A stretch of 64,000 nucleotides of DNA, from positions 346,270,001-346,334,000 of the forward strand of contig OZ024740.1 of assembly GCA_964016885.1 (NCBI GenBank). Direction: 5' to 3'. The DNA comes from Eledone cirrhosa. Its lineage: Eukaryota. A model generated the notes under the pieces. It was given only the letters and a program-made list of their open reading frames with translations, had not been told where the DNA came from and searched no databases. Position numbers and translations under genes: made by a program. Shown piece by piece: positions 38,414-53,800 of the stretch (position 1 is the stretch's first letter; the number at the start of each line of letters is the position of its first letter).

Positions 38414-39068
38414 TGGCAGTATCGGTAGAGAGTCGGACACCATGCTTTGACGTATAGAGTTACGGCCCTTTCCATTCTGAGTTCAAACCCCACCGAGGTC
38501 CACTTTGCCTTTCATCCTTACAGGGTCGATAAAATAAAGTACCAAAAGTAGAAACAATTATTATAAAATCTCTGGCGGTGGATGAACAGTATTGGTAGAA
38601 GGTCAGAAGCCATGCTTCGCAGCATAGAGTTACGGTCCTTTACGGTCTGAGTTCAAATCCCGCCGAGGTTAGCTTTACCTTTCATCCTTACGGTCGATAA
38701 AAAAATGTACCAGTAATGCACTGGGATAATTGATGGCATTGTGCCAAAAGAAGAAACAATTATTATAAAATCTCTGGTAAAATAATGCAAACATGTATTC
38801 AAGGGCGGTGCCCCAGCATGGCCTCTGCCAGATGGCCGGAACAAGTAAAAGAGTAAAAGAGTAAAAGAGTATGTATAATAAATAATTGTTTCTACTTTAG
38901 GCACAAGGCCAGCAATTATCCCAGTGTATTACTGGTACTTTATTTTATCGACCCCGTAAGGATGAAAGGCAAAGTTAACCTCGGCGGGATTTGAACTCAG
39001 ATCATAAAGGGCCATAACTCTATGCTACAAAGCATGGCGTCCGACCCTCTACCGATACTACCAATCCA
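38414..39068. mobile_element. SINE cluster: two + copies (38414-38560, 38572-38765), a different SINE tail (38790-38870) and one - copy (38880-39068)
   Basis: A-box-like tggcagtatcggtaga, B-box gagttcaaatcc, core gcctttcatccttacggggtcgataaaataaagtaccag (Meta-domain-like) and tail ggccttgtgcctaaagtagaaacaatta. Confidence 0.88.
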
Positions 39069-39749
39069 TGTATAATAAATAATGGGGTCTACACGCACTC
39101 CCAAAGTAGCAGCCAAGTTTCTCAAACTCTACCGTCTCGGAAAGTGATGGTTACATTGTATAATACAATTTGATGTGCCACTCTAATAAAAAAAAATATT
39201 CGGAACCTGATTGACCTTGAGGAAATACTCATTCTTTTTTTCTCCCAGGTAAACGCTTGTGGTTAACCAGCAACATTTAAAAATAAAAACGATATTAATC
39301 ACCTACAAAATATATATATATAGACCAAACATTATATGAGGTATTAAACATGGCTCTCCAAATGCTAAATATGCTGGAAATTCGAAGGGTGTGAAAGGAC
39401 ATTTAGGCCAAAACCTCATATTACTTAAAATGGAGAACGTTACGCAGTACATGGACTTATATAAAATACACCTTGTTTATAGAGTTTTCAGATTTATATA
39501 TAATTTGGCATTGTTGTCTATTTATTTTATATTCTGTTTAGTGATTTATTTAGATAATTCTTTATGTTGTTAACAAGTAAGCCTGGGGCGGTGAAGAATG
39601 GCAAGATGTCGGTGGCAGAACATTTCTGGGTCCATGAATTTTGCGGTGAATACATAAACAAAAGTAATCATCAAAAATGAAAATACTGGTGCAAAAATAG
39701 GATTAAAAAGTGAACAATAAACCATTGGTGAGAAAGGCCTTTATATATC

Positions 39750-40075
39750 CAATATCCGACAAGAATAGTCACTGTGGAAGTTGATAAAGATAATTCCTAT
39801 CTGTATTGTCATCGGAAACGCCTCTCATAATCGATGTATCAGTTATAACGCACGGTAATATAGCTCGAAAAGCAATGGAGAACCTTTCCTATTGTAAATG
39901 CCTGGAAATAGAGAAATCTAGTATGTGGGTATTGAAAAGGTATATAATCCTCAGAATAATAGGCGCCTTGGGAACGGAAAAGAAAAGAGATGTGTACAAA
40001 TATCTCAAAGTAATCCACAAGACTTCTATCCATACAAACAAAAACAACACACAGAAAACATTTTGAGACACTGTA
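39750..40075 (+). mobile_element. R4/Dong-like REL C-terminal relic
   Basis: LIIDVSV..NIARKAMENLSYCKCLEIEKSSMW..IIGALGT resembles the R4 REL tail, as at 4384-4602. Confidence 0.6.
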
Positions 40076-41529
40076 CATATGCTACGAAGAATGCTATCAA
40101 TAAAGTGTCGCACGCACACACACATACAAACACACACACGCTCATGCAAACACACACACACACACACACACACAGAAACACACAGAAACACAAAAGTAAC
40201 TATTGCAGACGGAGCAGTTCAGAGTTTCGCAAGGTTATTACATCTACAGGAAAATAAATTGTTTCTGACTTAGAAACAAGGCCATCATTTTGTGGGAGAG
40301 ACAAGTTGATTAAATCAACCAAGTATTTGATTTGTGCTTTATGTATCGACTTCGGAAGGAAGAAAATTGAAGTTGACGTCAGCGGTGTTTGAAATCCGAA
40401 CGCAAGGAAGGGGAATAATGCCGTAATTTTGAAATGTATTTCATTTATACGCCACCAACACGATTGGAAAAAACGGGGACATTACAAGGACTGGTTACCA
40501 AAACTTCTCTTTTTGGGGGAGGGGGGAGGGGCGGGGTTATTTTAAATCGGTTGGAAAAGAAAAATATATTATTTTGCAAAAAAACTTAAAGAGAATAAAA
40601 ATAAATAGCATGATGCAGTCCCTGTATGTAGAGCTGATACTTAGTCGTTAAAACCTAAAAATTAAGGATCTGCCTGAGTATCGTGGACAAATTCCCTCTC
40701 AAATGTATTAATGCCCAACCTACTGGCGTATGATATATTTGTGCCCATTTTTGAAATATTGTCTAGACAAAGCATATTACCTACAAAAGGGAACCTGAAA
40801 AAGTTCTTCAGCGTGGTGGAAGAGAAAAGTATCTTCCCGGCCGTTTTAATCACCGAATAACATCGTCGATAAGTGGCATTTCCCATATCTTTATAGAGAC
40901 TCATGCCTTTTTAGTGAGATTGGTGAACGGAAATATTTGGAAGTCTGTTGAATGAACTGCACCTGTAAATCATTCGGCCAGCATCGTCACATTCCGTGCC
41001 ATTTTTAATTTCCTCATGAATTACAGAAACAGTACACGTGTCTGGAGAATTACACAAACATCTTACCCCTATAACATGATTTGTACTGAAATGTTCAATG
41101 TTATAAACTTTTCATTCGTTCGCTATATATATATTTATAGAAATGGTTTTAAATCAGAAATTCTGGAATCGAAACATTGAAACGCTAGAATGATTATAGC
41201 GTTGGAAAACTGGGTAATGTAACCTTAAGGGCAGAAAATAAGTTATCAGTACCACTACGGAGAATCGAAACCTGTATTGACTGCTGGCTACATATTTAGT
41301 GTCCCTAGGGTATTTCACCCGATTTCCTAACGTCATGATCATTGTAGCGAATCTGTGTTTAGATTTCACATTTCTGATGTCTAATAATATTATACATGCA
41401 ATATATACATATGTATGTACGTACGTGCGTGTGTGTATGTACGTTTGTGTGTGTCGGTGTGTGTGTGCGTGTGTGTATACATTTATATATATATATATAT
41501 ATATATATTATTACTACTACTATTACTAC

Positions 41530-41618
41530 TGCCTTTCATCCTTACGGGGTCGATAAAATAAAGTACCAGTAATGCACTGGGTAATTGCTGGCCTTGTGCC
41601 TAAAGTAGAAACAATTAT
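41530..41618 (+). mobile_element. SINE 3' half
   Basis: Core and tail match 38880-38975 in reverse complement. Confidence 0.85.
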
Positions 41619-42074
41619 TACTACTACTATTATTATATATATAGTGATATCAATCTATACATGCACAACTACAGATCTTCTTCCTTCTTATCATCGTCCT
41701 CCCATTCCTCTATATAGTTTGAGTACATATTTCTCCTTACTTCTCACTCGCTGTCTACCTAGTGCCTCAGTACTCTTCATTTTCTAGCGCTTATCAGAAG
41801 TAGCTAATATAGATTCTGAAAAATGTCTTATCACTACTTATTGCTAGCTTCAAGAGAATATTTAGCAATCACAAGTATACCCAACGAATGTGATTGCCAC
41901 TCAATAGAGAAATGGCCCATTACAGTGTATTTGCTGATTCTGGGAATATATAGTGCAAGGCAGATGTTCAGTTCAAAATCTGGAAAGAGATAAAATGGAA
42001 GCTACATATATAACGTCATGTATCTACTCCCAAACCCACTCGCATGAACACTACTTTGTAAACACACAGTATGT

Positions 42075-43109
<1,035 letters not shown>

Positions 43110-43396
43110 TAATTTGTATATGTTTCTTTCTATATCATACATTCTCTCTACGTATATATGTATGTGCGTGTCTCTGCACATAGAATTTGAAAGGTGTGCG
43201 CCCCAAAGCAGACGACCTTATTAGTAGTTTATTAATATATGTAATAGTGGTGTTGAATTTTTTCGGTCTCCAAGGGCTACTTTATCCAATAAACTCAATT
43301 CCCATATATTGGTCGAATATTATGGTCAGATGCTTTGAGACGCAGACATTTAAAATCTTCCCCGCTTTTTCTGTTATAGTATATACAGGTATATAT

Positions 43397-43508
<112 letters not shown>

Positions 43509-43559
43509 TTATATACGCAAACAAATTTTCACAAAAATGTCTTTTTTTCGTACCTTCGT

Positions 43560-44030
43560 CTTCCTACATCTTGATATACCGATGGGTCTTCCATCGATTT
43601 GTTTTACCCGTAAAATCTGTTCAGTGATTCTTTCTGGAATCATTCTAAACCATGACGTTAATAAAGAAGTTATGATCTCTCAATTTGTAGATGTAGCGAC
43701 TCTAGGAGTAACAATTCTCTGATCTCCGAGTTACACAGTCTATTTAAGACCCTTCGGAGGAATCCCATTTCGGTCGCTTGTATTTGCCATCGTAGTCTTT
43801 CCGGCATTTAACAAGAATCTTGAATATAAGGAAGAATACAGAATTGGAGCTAGCGAGTTTACCTTTTACACATTCCAGCCTTTTTCTGATGACCGAATGC
43901 TGAGGGTGGAGCATTACTTCCCCAACTCTAACAATGTTTGCACATATTTCCGCCGCCCGCATTCCACCACTCGTAAAGACGCCCATGAGATACAAGGATT
44001 TCTCCACTTGCTTCTACACTCATCGTTAAG
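43560..44030 (-). mobile_element. RTE-clade LINE relic
   Basis: VEKSLYLMGVFTSGGMRAAEICANI..VM..SVIRKRLECVKGKL resembles the RTE/Rex3 motif VEKFKYLGV.FTS.G....EI..RI..VM..SVV.KREL..KAKL. Confidence 0.6.
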
Positions 44031-44611
44031 TGAATTTTACGGGCTTCCTTAAAAAAGTACAACATTATTAGGGGTGGGTAGTCATTTCAGAGCCCATTGT
44101 ATAAATCGTATCATATGATACAGATACATGTTTGTAGGGGGAATTGATTTGATTGATAATAGTTTGACCAACACAATATATACATCCATAAGTATATATA
44201 GAAGACATCTTTGCAAAGTCGATACAACTACGACTATACGGTTAATTATTCGTCCTGCCTATGTTCTCCTAGTTTTATTGTACTGTCAATGTCTGTTGAG
44301 ATCTGAACTGCTTCCACTTTATTACCAGCCTTGTGAGTATAGTTATCGGCAAAGAGCGAAAATTAGTGAAGGCTAGGTAAAATAGCGTATATATATATAC
44401 GCGTATAAGCTGAGAAATATGTGCATAAAAAATCGACAGTAACATTTAGTATCGACTTATATCCGAGATCAATATTTTGCTGATATTCGCTAACTACGAA
44501 TTCCATTTAAATAAGGTGTTGCAATATCATGGGTGATTGTTTCACAATGTACCTTCCCTTCAAAATATTTCCCACAATTCTTTTATAATTTGTACTTTTT
44601 AATACATCAAA

Positions 44612-45101
44612 TTGGCAGTATCGGTAGAGGGTTGGTCGCCATGCTTTGCAGTACAGTTACGTCCCTTTACGGCCGAGGTTAACTTTGCCTTTGATCCTTA
44701 CGGGGTCGATAATATAAAGTACCAGTAATACACTGGGATAATTGATGGCCTTGTGCCAAAAGTAGAAACAATTATTTTCTATTCAAATCCCGCCGCGGTT
44801 AACTTTGCCTTTCATCCTTACGGGGTCGATAAAATAAAGTACCAGTAATGTACTGGGATAATTGCTGGCCTTGTGCCAAAAGTAGAAACAATTATTTTCT
44901 ATACCAGGGTGGTGAATTGGCAGTATTGGTAGAGGGTCGGACATGCTTACCAGCATAGTTACGCCCCTTTACGTTCTGAGTTCAAATCCCGCCGAGGTTA
45001 ACTTTGCCCTTCATCATTACGGTGTCGATAAAATAAAGTACCAGTAATGTACTGAGTAATTGCTGGCCTTGTGCCAAAAGTAGAAACAATTATTTTCTAT
45101 A
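44612..45101 (+). mobile_element. Three head-to-tail SINE units
   Basis: Units at 44612-44781, 44782-44902 (starting at the B box) and 44908-45101, each ending gtagaaacaattattttctat. Confidence 0.9.
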
Positions 45102-46099
45102 CCATCTGTTGGTGTCAATTGATTAATGAATATGTGAAGTTTATGAAATGTTTAACTGGATACGTAACATTACTAAATGCATTTGATCCAGCATTAAATA
45201 TCAACAGAAGAGAAAGTTACAAACACGATAGAGTGGACTTCATTCGTCAGGCATGTAAAGTAAAATAATGGTATTCGTTTCATTTTCGTTATTTATCTAA
45301 TCCCGTTAATATCTTGGAATTCATTTCAAATCATTACATATATTAAATTCTACGCAGATTTCCACTACATTTATTTATTCATTCAATCCATTCACAAATT
45401 TGTTTCCTTTTATATTTCATTTCTCGTTAATAACTATTTCATATTATTTATCTATTTACCTATTTATTTTTTTATGCAGTTAATTTTAAAGTTTATTTAT
45501 TTAACTGCAGGTGAGTAATTACAACAGCTTGTTGTAAAACCACGAACGTATCGAGAGTAATTTAAGTAGCAAGTATATATTTATTCGTAGCAATCTGAAC
45601 GACAGAGAAGACTACAGTTAGTTGTCATGAATATAAATATATATTGTTGTTATTGATGTTATTGCTAAGTCCAAGTCAGACCCAATTATCCTGGAAGCGG
45701 ATTAGACATACACGGATAGACATCGCTTTTTCCTGTTTTATTTATTCAGGTATATACTAGAACAGAGACTATTTTTTCTCTAATTATTGGTAGATCACAA
45801 AAGGTGTTAAAAATATATGAAGCCACCCCCGTTTCCTTTAATCAGAACGAGTATAGCTTGATGTTAATACAACAAAATATATATAAATCAAATTAGTTTC
45901 AGATAATTGATGTTCTAATGAAAGAATATTGAACAAATAGTCAAAAAGCCTTCTAGAATCGAGAAGCGAATAGAGTAGGGAGGGTATATCAACAATCATG
46001 AGTCACTGGTTTGATGAAGTCAATGTTGTTTATGTGATTATTATCAATACTATCCCAGATAGAAAAGTGATTATTAACGTGGAGTACATTAATATATAT

Positions 46100-46210
46100 A
46101 ACTGTTTCTACTTTAGGCACAAGGCCAGCAATTACCCAGTGCATTACTGGTACTTTATTTTATCGACCCCGTAAGGATGAAAAGCAAAGTCAACCTCGGC
46201 GGGATTTGAA
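46100..46210 (-). mobile_element. SINE 3' portion
   Basis: Reverse complement of the B box, core and tail. It is flanked by a direct repeat tacattaatatatataa, a possible TSD. Confidence 0.85.
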
Positions 46211-49200
46211 TTACATTAATATATATAATGTAAGCCGACATGACTAGCGTTTTATAGATATTGATGTGATAACAAAAACATATCCTCATGATTGAGCGGT
46301 CGATCTAAAATACGTCTTCCACATTGGAAGATATGCTTTCCTGGCTCCTGGCAAAATAGGAAATATGGTGTTATTTCACCAATAATTTTCTTTATATTTA
46401 ATACAGCTACGGACACACCACGAACATATACGTTGTAAATACACCCATATACACATACACACCATGACGAACAATGTATGCAACACTCCTACAACACATA
46501 TGAAAATACATACAAATTCACCAGGAAAATGTGTATTAACTTGTAATTAAGTTATCACCGCAATGTCTTATTCAAACGCATAGGTTTTAAAATTTAATAA
46601 AGCCAGAGCTTTATATCATTTCAAAGACTAAAATCACTTCTCCGCAAATTAGATGGAGATATTTGAAGAGAGAAATAGAGCTTTGTGTATACCAGCTAGC
46701 ACAATTGCAGACTTCTCGTGAATAATAAGAATCAGGGAAGATTTCCATACATGGAGGCTAGGCTAATGTTGTCATGACGTGTAGACTTATGTAGGGCTGT
46801 GTGGGTGCTAGAATATGAGCTTATGTGTGTATATAATTATAAGCAGAATGTGTAACAAATATGGTATTGTTATTCGTCACCTTTCTGGAAAAGTTATATA
46901 CAATCATTATCAATCTGTAGCGTAGTCTAAAGAAACGAATGTTAGAGTGTCAGATTATGGTTTCATCTATTTCATTTCTTCAATTTTCACTCTGCTTTCA
47001 AATTCCAGTTGGTTTCATATTTTTCTTTGATCGTTCATGGTCAAGGAAACAAGTTATTAATCTATTTCTGTAATCAAATGTTATGTGCCATAAAATAAAT
47101 ATTTTGGTTATACCAAATAAATACCTTGACGGGAACATGTAATGCACAGTTTACTTCGCTGTGATTTGAACTCAAACATTGACAGTGTATAACTAAGGAG
47201 TCGTAACAGATATCACCCACCACTTCACTGTTCATCCCAATGCACCACCTTCAACAAAACCATATTATCAACTATTAGTGTTTGTAGTATGTATGATATA
47301 ATGGTGAGTTGTATTATTATCATGATCTTATTGTTATTGTTCCACCTATTTATTCTTCCCCCCACTCGTTGTGTATATAATCCCTTGTAACGTAACTGAC
47401 CTGATTTAGACGTGTTTATATTGCTTTAGTAGAATTCGTAGGCACAGAATCTCCCCGCCCTCCATCTGGCCTTATTTTATACGACCAATACACGTGACAT
47501 CATTTCCGCTTTATATATGTCGCTGATCTTCAGCACATGTCAAAATATATGATTTAGTTTGTGCCACGTACGCCCTTCTGAATCACTGTCCTTTCATATT
47601 AAACGGTTTTTTTTCTTTACTTCTTTGCTTTAATATTCACGCCTAGACGCTCTCAAAGATACAGCCATTCAATCATACAACCAGCGCATTCAATATGCAT
47701 TCAAATTATCGAATGCAAAATGAATGAATGAATGTCAGAATATTTGTGGAAATAAGTATATAAATATATACAAGGGGCATTCAAAAACATATTTTCGCAC
47801 TCATACGTTGACGCAACCACACTCCTCTCAGAGACGAATACACACGCAAGCGCGCGTGTATGTCAACTAGGTGTTATCAGAAAGTTCCCAAACAAGTCAA
47901 CAAGGCTACGTCATTGCTCCAGTAAATAACGGGTTTCGTATATTATTTATGTTCTTGCGGCAGTCTGTTTAAAAAGTCTCAATGAGATTGTACACGGTAA
48001 ACCTATCCGATCTCAACGCCTGAACATCATTATGGAAGCCCCGTTCTTCGAGACCACAAAATGCCATTTACAACTCTATTAGAATTCTGCAAATATTTCC
48101 ATGTACTTTTTTTCTCAGGAGCATTCTTCTTTGTTACATCGTCTTCGTGATTTTAAATAGAGTACCAGATCTGCGGCTAGGTCACATCCATTTATATCTG
48201 AATTTCCTAAATGCAATCACAAATTCGATTCTGATAGTTTCTTTTTTTCCCTCGAACATCTCACCTATGGCATTTTCCCCGTCAAGCTGCTTGCTTTCCT
48301 GAACCCTTGTCTAGCTTCTTTGATCCTCATTTCTGACGTTCGGGTAACATGAACAATTGCACAAATACTTCTCAATGTGATGTCGCATGTCCATGATTCT
48401 TGTTAGGAAAAACTTTGATGCCATCACTAATTCAGAAGCTGACTTACAAGCCGCAGCTCATCCGCTTTCCTTACAATGATAAAGCGGTTGGCCACATGAA
48501 ATGTTGTCACCAAGGTAATTGTAAAGTCCCAAACACTTTGGGTTTTAAATGAGGGGGAACCTTTTCCTTAGACATCCAATCAACGCTAATGCGTTCTGTT
48601 TGCTCATTCTTTTTTTTTTAAAACTCGTCTGGATCGTCTTCGATTCTCGTGAATTCCTCCGCCGTCTGACGAGTTTTGTTTTTCAACCCAAACCGTGTCC
48701 AAAATTTACCCTCTTTACCAAGCAAGCTTTTGGGATCGCTTTTTTATTGACCCTACTAGGTGACATTTTGTACTGTGTGCATAATTCTTCCCATTGAATT
48801 ATGTTCTCGCTTTCTTGTCATTCCCCCTTCTCAGTAACGCATTGCATTTTAGTGCATTTATTTTCTTGTTTGGGATGAGTAAATTAAAAAAACATTTCGA
48901 ATCGCCGAAACCTCAAGTTGAATTAGATGCTCCGAAATAAAGCAGCCCTAGCGGGAAAAAAATCAGTTTAATTCGCGCAACCAAATGCATGTTACTGCTT
49001 CTAGTAAGTTAGTTTACTGGCAGATCGCAAATCTAATCATGTAAGAAAGCAGATGACTTCTGGGAGATAGTTGAACAGTTGAGGATTGTTTGCACTCTTA
49101 CTTGGTGGGATTGTTCGCCCTGAACTCATAGCATATTAAACAGATTCTCGATCAGGCTTGTAAATTTCTTCGATATGAAGACAATCGCCATAATTTTATC

Positions 49201-50837
49201 CATGACTTTCGAGGATTTTGGTTGCAAATTTTCCACTGATTATGCAAAATTACTTTAATACGTCACCCATCGTAAATTTAGATCAATCAATAATTTACTG
49301 CAACGGAAATAAGAGGGAGAAAAAGGGTCACCGTGTAGTTTTTCTATAATCCGCTCACAGACTCACACATACACACACACGCATACACACACACACATAC
49401 ACACACACACGCACACGCACACACATATGCGTGTGTATGTGTGTGTGTGTGCGTGTGTGCGTGTGTGTGTGTGTGTGTGTAGCTTATATATACACATGTA
49501 TAAACATCCACGATTTTTCTTCCTTCTATTCCCCCTTTCTCTATCACTTTTTCTTTTATATCTTCCTCTCACAGGAGCTTCCTACTCCAACAAAACCTAC
49601 TATAAAAATCTTCTTCAGCCACTGCCTTCATCACTCCTTTACACGCGTGGATTTCGTTTTTAATCCCATTCGCCCCATATTTTGAGCCAATCCTCATCCA
49701 TCTCTTCCGCTTTCTCATGCTCACCACTCTACGTTCCACCTTCGTCTAAATCTGTAAATCAACCACGAATTTCACAAAAACATTCCCCCATTCTGTTCCA
49801 CCTGTTACCCTTTCCTCACACATTATATCCTTCTACTCCTCCACTAAACACCGCAGTCTTAAATTTCTCCCTCACTCAACCACTTGGAATCTTTACTCTC
49901 ACTCATCACAGAACCTATCAACTTCCTACATGTCCTTCCATGTTTCTGAAACGCCCTTCATAACCACAATATATCCCCGTCCTACTATCCATACGTATCC
50001 AAAGCTATCGACCCAACCACAACCAGATAATCGATCACCCATCCAAAACTTGTTGTCACTCTATCTCCCGACAGTCCTCTCTCTAAATCTTAACGTTCCT
50101 TTCCCAGAAAATTCCGGCGTAATGTACACCTCACAACATCCAGCGTGGGATTTGAGACCCATACGGACGTTGCACCGTTTGCGCTCTGCACAAAATTGCA
50201 AGCATATTTTTACGGAAGCCCGCTGGTTCCGAAAATATTAGACAATTCAATACCATAGACACCTTCTTCGACACATGCCAACACGCATTGAATAGGTTCA
50301 ATTTCCTGTCTAGCCCTCCAACTTGCCACTACAAAGAGAATCCTCACATTCTTCAATCGCCTAAAGTCGGATCCATCAAATTCCATCATTTTCCGATCCT
50401 AGTGCATTCTCCTTTAAGCAAGCACACAACATTTGGAACCTCCGCATCCGCAGTTCCTTACACCTCGCATATTCTCTCCTGTATCTCACGCCTGCACCCG
50501 ACCATGCTTCAAACATACAACTTCATCAACCACACCACCACATCCATGAAACTTGACGGCCGCTTCTTGTATATTAGGGACCCTTTTAGTTTCATATACA
50601 CAGACCTTGAGTATGGGCTCCATTACATTCTATGTGAAGCCATACTAGATTGGGCAAATTGCGGTCTACTGGCCGACAGTTTCAGCGAATATTTTTGGGA
50701 CAACTGACTCGGCATTTCTTCTCCGCTGCCCATTCTGCACGCCGTCTTATTTTGTTCCGCTTCGCATCCTCACCGGAACCGCGGACTCACACTGCCACTG
50801 GAGACAACAGTACGTACATTTACACCCTATAGATATG

Positions 50838-53800
50838 TTTCTTTTTATTTGCCACCAGGGCATCAAAAAGTGGGACAAGTACAATGGGGGGAGTTTACAC
50901 AAAAAGGCGAGTAAGGAAAACAAATAACAAATATAAAATTAACAATAAAGTCCTCAATAGGGAGGGGGCGTTTGGGGGCTCGCACACACCCCCGAAAAAA
51001 GTGTGCAACCCCTTCTCCTTAGGAGCACAGAGAGAGGGTGCTCCCTCGTTCCTTCCTCTTTTCCACCTACAGGCTGATGTAAAGAGAAGGCCCATTCACA
51101 CGGGCCATTCTCGCCACTTTCACCCACCTTTCATAAAAACGAGTTGGGTGGAGCACCTCTCTCTCCATCCTGATCCTTCTTCCGAAATGATATCGGAAGA
51201 AACGGACCAGTTGTTGGCCAGAGAAATGGTGCCTGACCTCAGCCCTTTCAGACGCGTCCACCATACAACCTCTTTCACCATGGCTATTACGCACAGAAAC
51301 ACCGCCTCTCCTTCATTTTTGAAGGGGGGAGGCGGCTTGATCGTTACAATAGACTCGGTGGTCAACACCGGATCCGTCCCACTCTTGACAGCAGTTGTTC
51401 GACATAGCCCCACAGATCGGCTACGCCCGAGCAGTGTACCAATGCGTGTGCAACGGTTTCCTCGTCGCACACGCATCTGGGACAGATCTTTTTGGCGGGG
51501 TACCTACCCGGGCACACGTGTCTGTAGAGCTTTTCTCGAACGGGTAGAGCCCCTAAGTTGCACTGCCAGGCCAGGGACTTCTGGAAGTTGTCCATAGGTC
51601 CCGGGCTGAATGTCCTACCGAACAGGCTGGCCAGTTCGTCTTCCTCCATGTCTAGGGCTTCTCCGAGGGCACCGTCGCACCTGCTGCGTACTAGCCCTCT
51701 ATAAAATGTTGCGGTGGAGTCTCCACTGATAACCGGGTCCGCCTGCCAGAGGGCGGTGAGCGCCTGGGCAGACTCAGTGTGCCAGGCGCCCAGTTTTCTC
51801 GGTCTTTTCTTGACCCAGGATTGCAGCTCGGTGAGTGAGACGAGTCTGGGAAAGGTTCCTCTCACAAACGAGGCTCACACCGGTTGACCGGTGAGGAATA
51901 CGTGGAGGGGCCGTAGCCTTAATGCGTGTGTACGCATCATTAGCCACGGCATCCCCAGCCCTCCTTTCGAAGGGTGTTGACAGCAGATGGATCTCCTCAC
52001 CAAAGGAGCCCGCTTCTTCCAAAGAATTGGAAGAGTGCGCTCTCCATCTTGGCGAGGGTTTCCCTTGGGCAAGGCACGACGGTCAGGCAGTAGTAGATGA
52101 CGGACGCTATATAGGTGTTTGCCACCTCCGCCCGACCTTTCAGGGATAGTTTGCAACTGGCCCACTTCTGGGTCAGTGCAAACACCCTGTTCGTAACCTC
52201 AGCCCAGTTCTTCTCCACCTGGAGGTCTGGTCCGAACCAGACCCCGAGCAACTTCACCGGGCCCTCCGTCCAGCGTCCGACGACGCCATCGGAGGGCATC
52301 GGTCTGCCCCTCCACGTGCCGAGTTGCAAACCGATCGACTTGTCCCGGTTCAGCTTAGCCCCTGTGAACCTTTCGTACTCCTCCAGTAAGGTGCCGATCG
52401 CCCCGATTTCGGAGGCCGTCGACACCATTACTGTCACGTCGTCGGCGTAGGCCGACACCGCTTTCCGCAATCCAGGTTCCAAATGGATGCCCTGCAACAA
52501 ATCCAACTTCCGCAGTAGTGGCTCGAGAGTCAATACATACAGAAAGGAGGAGAGAGGGCACCCTTGTCGGATGGGTCGCGCGATTTCGAACGGCTCCGAG
52601 AGGTAGCCGTTCACCTTGACTCTAGAGCAGATGCGGCTGCTGTGCATAGCAGTGATCCAGACCCTGAAAACGGGTTCGAAGCCTGCCGCCGCTAGCACCG
52701 CATCCAGGTAACCATGGTCGACCCTATCGAACGCCTTAGATTGATGCAAGTTGATCAGAGCCCCACAAAAGCCGGGTTCGTTCCCAACCCTCTCTATGAT
52801 GTATCGCATGAGGTGGAGGTTGTCATGGATGGACCTGGACGTGATAGCACACGTCTGCGCATTTCCCACCAGGTTTCCCACGACAAGCGCCAACCTCTCT
52901 GCTAGCACCTTGGCCAAAATCTGTAACTCTGTATTTAGCAGAGTTATGGGCCTGAAGTTACTTATTTCGTCCCCCTTGTTCTCGTCCTTCCTCACTAGCG
53001 TGACTACGCCCGTGGTCACAGCACAGGAATTCTCCCGTTCTGTTGCCAGTTGCAGTAGACCGCCTCGAGGAGATCGGGGAACAAGTCCGGCATAGCTAGA
53101 TATAGTTCGTATGGAAGACCATCGAGACCCGGAGATTTGCGTTTGCCGCATTGGCTCAGCACGTCCTCTATCTCAGCGGCTGAAATCGGCTCCTCGCAGG
53201 ATTTCGCCTCCCTGTCCGAGAGACGAGGCAGGCCGTCGAGGTATGGACCGAAGTCCACATCCCCGCCCCTTCCGAACAATCGGGCAAAGTGCCTTTTTAA
53301 GGCCTCACACATCTGCTTAGGTTCAAAGATCGCCCGTCCATCCTGGTCTCGCAAAGACTGGATGGTGGATTTAGTTCCACTCTTGGCCTCTGTCACGCGG
53401 GCCTAGCTAACAGCTTTGGTCCCCTCGTTCCCTAGAGCACGTATTTTACTTCAGACAACGCAGCCTTCGTGCTTCGCGTCGAAAAACTGGCACAAAGCCG
53501 TTCTCGACGCTAGCACTCTGGCCACGTCGCCGCTTCTAATTGCCTCTTCTACTCTATCTATCAGCTCCCTTTCCTTCCTATTCCTATCCGCAGCTAGAAC
53601 CTTACTAAATTCTATCGAGACTAATCTAATCTCTCTCTTTAGAGATACCCACCACCTGCTGTTGGCGATCGCTCCAGTCAACCGCTCCTTAACTAACGTA
53701 CTAATCCGGTCCCTGTAAGCTTTACTTGCCGGTAAGGACAAGTTCAGCTTCCAGTAACCGGGGCCCTGTCTATGCGTTCTATCAAGGTTGACCATGCAGG

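Noticed and set aside
47770-49030. Mariner-like TIR fragments and a possible transposase trace
   Set aside because: I could not reconstruct a matching TIR pair or convincing DDD motifs.
49500-50830. C/T-rich stretch with several short ORFs
   Set aside because: No recognisable domain. It may be a decayed element but cannot be assigned.
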